Below, one piece after another: positions 50,887 to 56,624 of a stretch of DNA of 56,624 bases. Made by a program: the position numbers and the translations under genes. Where the stretch lies: NCBI GenBank assembly GCA_030156825.1, contig JASGLU010000003.1, forward strand, positions 1 to 56,624, given 5' to 3'. A model generated the notes under the pieces. It saw only the letters and a program-made list of their open reading frames with translations, was not told the origin of the DNA and did not search any database. Positions within the stretch are counted from its first letter, which is position 1. The number at the start of each line of letters is the position of its first letter. This DNA comes from Candidatus Atribacteria bacterium (GTDB lineage Bacteria > Atribacterota > Atribacteria > Atribacterales > JASGLU01).

Positions 50887-52389
50887 ATGCTAACAATGGA
50901 GCAAATATATCATATCAGATTTGAACATCATGAAAAAGGTAAATCATTGAGAAGGATAGCCCAAGAAACCGGATTTAACTTCCGAACGGTTCGGAAGTAT
51001 GTGGAAAGGGAGGATTTTAACATCAAGAAAAAAGCTATTCATACCCGGAAAGGTAAACTGGATCCCTATAAAGAAACCATAGATAAGTGGCTTACTGAAG
51101 ACCTAAAAGCCCGACCTAAGCAAAGGCATACTGCTCAACGAGTCTATAATAGACTAAAAGAGATTTACCAGGATGACTTCCAGGTTTCTGATAGAGCAGT
51201 GAGAGCTTATGTAGCAAAGAAAAAGAAAGAGCTATCTTCCGGAAGTAAAGCTTATCTTCCCTTAGAGCATAAACCAGGAGAATCTCAGGTAGACTTTGGG
51301 GAGTGTCAGTTTATAGAACGAGGTATTAAATATGATGGTTTTTATCTTAACCTCTCTTTTCCTCACAGTAATGGAGGATATCCTCAGTTATTCAAAGCTC
51401 AAAATCAAGAATGCCTGTGCCAGGGGCTACAGGATATCTTCCTCCATATAGGAGGAGTACCGAGGGAGATATGGTTTGATAACTTATCTCCGGTAGTAAA
51501 TGCTATAGGTAAAGAGGGAGCAAGAGATTTGAATAAAGGATTCTTAAGATTTGCCCTGCATTATGGATTTTCCAGTAACTTCTGTAATCCCGGGAGTGGT
51601 AATGAGAAAGGGCATGTAGAAAACAAAGTAGGCTATCATAGAAGGAACTTTTTAGTACCTATACCAGAGTTTAATGACCTCACTGAATTTAATCGTCAGC
51701 TCTTAACCATAGGTGACCAGGATATGAAAAGACCCCACTACCAAAAAGATGGTAGCATTGCGGAGCTCTTTATCCAAGACAAAAAAGCTCTCCTTCCTTT
51801 ACCTAAAATCCCTTTTGAAGTATATAGGTTGGAGAAAGGAAAAGCTGATAACTATGGTAAAGTGAAATTTGATAATCGTATATACTCCAGTAGCCCCGAC
51901 TATGCCCACAGCCAGATATGGATAAAAGCCGGAGCTTACACAGTAGAGATAATGGATGCTGACTATCATACCATCGTTACCCATCCCCGGCTTTATGGGA
52001 GAGAGAAAGAATCCATGAAGTGGGAGCCTTATCTGGACTTGATAGCTCAAAGACCAAAAGCCTTAAAATACACTGGCTTCTTTGACCAGCTTCCCCTATC
52101 TCTCCAAGACTACTTTACCGAATGTGACCATAAAACCAAAAAGGAGACTTTGCAGATGTTAGCCCGGATGGTTAAAAAGAGTGGAATGGATGTTTCCACT
52201 CAGATCTTACAAGAGATACTTCACCAGGGAATTAAAGATCCCGATAGTATATGGGCCTATTACTGTCGGCTGACTATGGAAGACTCAGATAACTTATCTC
52301 TGAAACTTCCCCCGGGAGTTCCGGAAGTTAAGGAATATCATACTGATATCTCCCCCTACGATAACTTACTGCGAGGAGGTAGAGACTAA
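50887..52389 (+). CDS. istA: IS21 transposase
   Basis: N-terminal HTH, QVDFG, WFDN, EKGHVE DDE motifs. Confidence 0.93.
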   Translation: MLTMEQIYHIRFEHHEKGKSLRRIAQETGFNFRTVRKYVEREDFNIKKKAIHTRKGKLDPYKETIDKWLTEDLKARPKQRHTAQRVYNRLKEIYQDDFQVSDRAVRAYVAKKKKELSSGSKAYLPLEHKPGESQVDFGECQFIERGIKYDGFYLNLSFPHSNGGYPQLFKAQNQECLCQGLQDIFLHIGGVPREIWFDNLSPVVNAIGKEGARDLNKGFLRFALHYGFSSNFCNPGSGNEKGHVENKVGYHRRNFLVPIPEFNDLTEFNRQLLTIGDQDMKRPHYQKDGSIAELFIQDKKALLPLPKIPFEVYRLEKGKADNYGKVKFDNRIYSSSPDYAHSQIWIKAGAYTVEIMDADYHTIVTHPRLYGREKESMKWEPYLDLIAQRPKALKYTGFFDQLPLSLQDYFTECDHKTKKETLQMLARMVKKSGMDVSTQILQEILHQGIKDPDSIWAYYCRLTMEDSDNLSLKLPPGVPEVKEYHTDISPYDNLLRGGRD

Positions 52390-52714
52390 TGGAAGCAAGG
52401 GAAGCAACGATAAAAGAATACTGTAAGCAATTAAAAATGGGGAAGGTATTCTATCAGGAATACCAGGATATTCAGGCTGACACTCAGGAAGCTTTTCTGG
52501 CAGAACTTCTATCCCGGGAACTGGAACATAGAGAAATGACCAGGAAAAATAGGAATCTTAAAGCAGCCAACTTTGATAGGATAAAAACTTTTGAAGGTTA
52601 TAGCTTTGATAATATCCAATTACCTGCTTCTTTAACTGTGGAAGATATCAAGAAGATAGAACCAGTAAAAAGGAAAGAAAATCTAATCCTTTATGGACCA
52701 GTGGGAACTGGTAA
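52389..52714 (+). pseudogene. istB: istB helper ATPase, 5' part (ends in Walker A GPVGTG)
   Basis: ENLILYGPVGTG followed by foreign sequence. Confidence 0.88.
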
Positions 52715-52799
52715 TTATCGAAAGTTTTTGTTTATGGAAAGATTTCTAATGAAAGCCTGTTAAATTAAGAGGTTCCTATTAAAAATCTTTCCATAATAA

Positions 52800-53824
52800 T
52801 TACCGGCAGAATTCTTCCAGCCAATGTAGAAGTTCTGTATCCTCTGTCCACCCAGGTGTATCTGCGGAAACTACTTCTGGATAGGCAGATTCCAGTGCAA
52901 TCCTTTTCAGCTCCGTATCAGCCCTGAGGTAAATTTCTGTAGTAGTAACACTGACATGGCCCAGGAGATCACGGATGTATATCAGATTTACTCCTGATTC
53001 CAGCAGATGGAGTGCTTTGGTATGGCGAATCATGTGGGGATGAATTGCTTCGGGGAAAACCACCTGGGGATGAAGCTGTTTTGCCCTGGTAAAATATTTG
53101 TTTAAAATATAGGTGATTCCGGGCCGGGTAAAAGGTTGATATCGACTGTTATAAAAAAGCGGACTCTGTTGCCGGCTGTTCTCCAATAGATGGTTTTCTG
53201 CCATATAGGCCTGGAGGAGATGATGGGTTTTATCCATCAGAGGAACAACTCTCTTTTTGTTACCTTTCCCGGTTAGGGTAATGGTGGTAGGTTTTGTTAA
53301 CCTGACAGCTCTGACTTTTAAGTCTATCAGTTCCTGTACTCGGGCTCCTGTATCATAAAGAGTGACCAACATGGCTAAATCACGGCGTCCCTTTTTGGTG
53401 GATGTATCAGGTTGTTCCAGCAGAAATTTCAATGCCTCCTTGCTCAGGTAATCGATGGGAGAGTACTGCCTTTTCTGGAAAGGAATTCCCAGAATTTTCT
53501 GGCTTTCAAAAAGTAGATCGGGACATTCTGTCTGGGCATACCGGTAAAAACTGTGAATGGCGGCCAGTCTCTGGTTTCTGGTATTAATACTGACATTCCG
53601 GACTTTCTCCAGCCAGGTCAGGAATCCTCTAATCTCACAAGAGGTGATATCTCTGAAGGTCAGGTATTCAGGTCTAATCCCCTGCTCCTCTTGGAGATAA
53701 AGGAGAAGTTGTTTAAAAGTATCCCGGTAAGACTTGATGGTATGGGAGCTGACATTCCGCTGTCCGGGTAGGAAATCAGCCAGATAATGGGTCAGAGAAT
53801 GCGGGCAAAATCAGTCTGCTTCAT
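52800..53824 (-). pseudogene. RitC tyrosine recombinase with a 2-bp frameshift near codon 10
   Basis: ATG 53824 MKQTDFARIL*, continuing LTHYLADFLPGQRNVSSHTIKSYRD in the frame of ORF 52800-53432; GARVQE, HMIRH, LGH, Y motifs present. Confidence 0.8.
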
Positions 53825-54791
53825 TTGCTTGCCCCTCCGGTATCAACCAGGCACAGCTTGCTGCTACTTTAGCCGTTATATCTGAGTATAAATCCGCTGT
53901 CAATCGTAGATACCGTTGGCTGCCTCGTAAATCTTCATGACCAAGGTATACTGAAAGGTAGGGAAGGCAGTTGCTTAAGTCCCGGCCGGTTAGAACCCAC
54001 TTCTTTAGACAATGGACACTGAAAGTATGCCGGAGGTCATGCAAGCGGGGACCTTTTCCCGAATGGGATATCCCCGCTTGCCACAATACTTTGCGAAACA
54101 GGGAATATAGGGTGGAGCTGGCATAATGACCGCCATGGGGAGAGGGATAAAAAGGATAGTTACCACTCTTATCGGCCAGAACTGTCATTCGGTAGTTACG
54201 GCACCGCTCCTGCAGACTGAGCGACATAGGAATAAGCCGTTCTTTACCAAACTTGGTATCGGTTATGAGCAGTGTCCCTTGATTTAAATCAACATTCTCA
54301 ATGGTCAAATTCACTGCCTCTGAAATTCTCAAGCCACAACCATAAAGCATCCGGATGATCAATGGCAGGATAAGATGGCGATAGGGGGATGCTTTGGTTG
54401 CTGGATAACAGTCACAGACATTGAATATTGCCCGCAGTTCTTCCTCAGAAAAAATGTAGGGCAGATATGAATATCTATCCACTGTAACCAGGGCGCGGGG
54501 ATAAGTATAGGCGGGATAACCTAAGCGGTTCATATATTCAGCCAGTCCTCGCAGGAGGGAAATTCTGTGGCTCTGGTTGGAGATGGTTTCATTAGGATTT
54601 CGTTTGGTCCAAGCCAGAACCAGTTTTTTCGGCAGACAGACAGTCGTTAGATTCCAAGACTGGACAAAAATATCGAACCTTCTAAGCATCGCCTTTCCCT
54701 TTTCAAACTTATAGCCCAGCGCTTTTTTCTCCTCCAGATACCCTTGAAGCGGAGCTGAAAGTATACTGTGGAAAACCAGAGCATCAGTCAT
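53811..54791 (-). CDS. RitB tyrosine recombinase
   Basis: GLRISE, TKFGKER, HDLRH, YLGH, QRY; ATG overlaps the ritA stop. Confidence 0.9.
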   Translation of the reverse strand: MTDALVFHSILSAPLQGYLEEKKALGYKFEKGKAMLRRFDIFVQSWNLTTVCLPKKLVLAWTKRNPNETISNQSHRISLLRGLAEYMNRLGYPAYTYPRALVTVDRYSYLPYIFSEEELRAIFNVCDCYPATKASPYRHLILPLIIRMLYGCGLRISEAVNLTIENVDLNQGTLLITDTKFGKERLIPMSLSLQERCRNYRMTVLADKSGNYPFYPSPHGGHYASSTLYSLFRKVLWQAGISHSGKGPRLHDLRHTFSVHCLKKWVLTGRDLSNCLPYLSVYLGHEDLRGSQRYLRLTADLYSDITAKVAASCAWLIPEGQANEAD

Positions 54792-56021
54792 GGGCCAATA
54801 CCTCCTCGGGATCAAGGGCACAGGCTTTTAACCCTTTCATGCTGGTGCGGAGATATACTGCAGTTGACCTGGAATCCACCTGTCCTAATATTTCTGAGAT
54901 CAGAGGTAGAGGGGTTCCCTGCTCCAGTAGGGTGCTGGCCAGTGAGTGGCGGAGGGAATGTAACCCATGGCGCTTTCCTGGAGGAACGACAATGCCGGCT
55001 GCTCTGGTATATTTGGTGATGATATTATGCAGATTGGCGTTCTCTCCAAAAGCGGTATAAGGAGCACATAGTCTTACAAAAAGGTAAGGGGAATCACAAA
55101 TTGGTCTACCGTTTTTCAGATAATCAATCAGTGCCCAGCCCAGGTCATTCAGGATAGGATAAGTGACTTTAACTTTAGTTTTTTCTTGAATGATACTTAT
55201 GGTTCTTGTCCTCCAGTCCAGGTCAGAAAGCTTCAACGATTTTACATCTCCTACCCGCATACCCAGTCTTGCTACCAAGAGGAGGATGGCATAGTCCCTT
55301 TTCCCTTGGGGATTTCCCCGGTCTAAGGAAGCCAGCATCTGCTTTACCTCTGCTGGTTTCCAAGTGGAAGGGAGGGGTAGTAATAACGGCTTTGCTTCGG
55401 GACACTGACTGATAAATCAGCTGTAGTATAGCCGTTCTGATAAAGAAAACGCAGGAATACTCTAAGCGTAGTAAGGATGGCAGCTATACTTTTTTCATGG
55501 TGGGGGAAGATGGTCTTCACATAATCTGAGATGATAAGCGGTGTTATTTCATTTACCTCTTGTATTCCCCTCAGTGCCAGGTAATCCACGAAGAAGAATA
55601 ATCTTTGCTGCCGGCTGCGCATGCCGCGCCTTGAATACTCATTTGCCTGGCATTCCTGTTCATAGGCAGTAAGGATATGCTCAAACTGAGGTGGTTTGAC
55701 ATAACCCGGTTTCTTTACTATCCGCCGGATAATGACCCCATGCAACTGGTAATCACCCAAAAGACGGATACTGCGGATAGCGTGTTTAGTCCCTTGAGGA
55801 TAGGATTGCAGGTAATAATTAACGGTACATCCGTACCGTTCTTCCAGGAACTTTTTCCCCAGCTCCTCGGGAAAGAACTCCTCTCCCTGGGACTGGGCAA
55901 AAGCCTGGAACCTTCGGAAAAGAGACCTGAACCCACAGAGCGAATTATACGAGTAACCCAGCTTTGTTAGTTCCTCAACAACTTTGGCCGTTAGTTCACT
56001 AATAGTAAGTTTCGTTTCCAT
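54784..56021 (-). pseudogene. RitA tyrosine recombinase with a frameshift near 55365-55378
   Basis: YYYPS.. continues PSTWKPAEVKQMLASLDR in another frame; GMRVGD, HSLRH present. Confidence 0.8.
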
Positions 56022-56104
56022 GATATACCCCCTTGAATGGATTTGTAACACCCATTCTGAGGTATTATGGAAAGAAATAAAAGCCCAGATCCTTGCAGAT
56101 AAAG

Positions 56105-56133
56105 AGTATATTCTTATTTCTTTCCATAAACAA
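56105..56133 (-). promoter_or_regulatory. Probable ritA promoter overlapping the right inverted repeat
   Basis: TTGTTT-N17-TATACT on the - strand, overlapped by a TTATGGAAAG box. Confidence 0.5.
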
Positions 56134-56173
56134 AAACTTTCGATAATTACCGTTATGGAAAGCTTTCCATAAC

Positions 56174-56526
56174 GGTAAAAGCCATCTGGCGACTGCTATA
56201 GGAGTAGAAGCCTGTAATCAAGGTCAAAGGGTAAAATTCTTCTCTACTGCTTCCTTAGTAAATCAGCTTACCGATCTCAAAGAGAGGGGGGAACTGAGGA
56301 AGTTTATGAACCAGATAGAGAAATGTGACCTCTTGATTTGTGATGAATGGGGTTATGTACCTTTGGAGAGAGGAGGTGCTCAATTACTTTTTCAGGTGAT
56401 ATCGGAATGCTATGAAAAACGGAGCGTCATTATTACTACCAATCTGGAATTCAGCAAGTGGAATGGAATATTTTATGATGAGAGGATGACAGCCGCCATC
56501 ATTGACCGTTTAATTCACCACAGTCA
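56174..56526 (+). pseudogene. istB: istB 3' part (GKSHLATAIG..LICDEWGY..DRLIHHSH)
   Basis: Would be in frame with the 5' part once the RIT is removed; Walker B present; truncated at 56527. Confidence 0.88.
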
Positions 56527-56624
56527 TGTCAAGGCCGGCCTTAAATTGACCCACTTTGGCCGGTTTAAAATTGACCCACCTCCTGCTTTTTAACCTGATG
56601 AATTAGAATTAGGTGCTCCATAAA
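56527..56624. mobile_element. Terminus of a second IS21-family element
   Basis: TGTCAAGGCCGGCCTTAAATTGACCCA-CTTT-GGCCGGTTTAAAATTGACCCA: TG start with tandem subterminal repeats typical of IS21 ends. Confidence 0.75.

Larger units (their letters stand above)
52710..56178 (-). mobile_element. RIT element (recombinases in trio)
   Basis: Three tandem overlapping tyrosine recombinase genes; perfect 33-bp inverted repeats 52710-52742/56119-56151; GGTAA at both junctions. Confidence 0.88.
50759..56526 (+). mobile_element. IS21-family insertion sequence (interrupted; right end outside window)
   Basis: Left end TGTTTGGTAGAATAGAAATGCAGCA..AAAAATACAGCA with internal repeats; istA-istB with TAATG overlap. 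Confidence 0.85.

Noticed and set aside
53500-53520. Suspected second frameshift in ritC
   Set aside because: Recount shows CTT TTT GAA stays in frame
207-55970. Numerous 60-180 aa ORFs antisense to or overlapping assigned genes
   Set aside because: Shadow ORFs with no RBS or recognisable motifs
56527-56593. C-terminus VKAGLKLTHFGRFKIDPPPAF of the last ORF
   Set aside because: Read-through into the second IS21 terminal repeats, not IstB sequence

Overview
Bacterial carbohydrate-catabolism region (gene content and Sec-type, non-lipoprotein solute-binding proteins suggest an anaerobe such as Atribacterota; this is inference). 240-22767: a Thermotoga-type oxidative inositol pathway (iolO, LacI repressor, iolM, iolI, iolN, iolG, inositol ABC transporter, uxaE, gnd, LarA-family epimerase). 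Embedded in it are a secreted PLC-like phosphodiesterase, an AfuABC-like transporter and two kinases with the PPi-dependent inositol-kinase signature. The iol genes sit under three homologous copies of a bidirectional promoter/operator module. 22937-34792: GntR, ROK kinase, Gfo/Idh/MocA and TIM-barrel genes plus an OYE flavoenzyme, deoC and a sugar ABC transporter (unknown, possibly deoxy-sugar, pathway). 35386-43170: third sugar ABC system, Zn dehydrogenase, epimerase, GH4. 43345-50758: CUT1 transporter with a small membrane subunit, a binding protein frameshifted at a G9 tract, and a truncated OYE. 50759-end: nested mobile elements. An IS21 has its istB split at the Walker A motif by a RIT (three tyrosine recombinases) element and split again by a second IS21. 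Several REP-like palindrome families fill intergenic spaces. No rRNA, tRNA or CRISPR array was seen.
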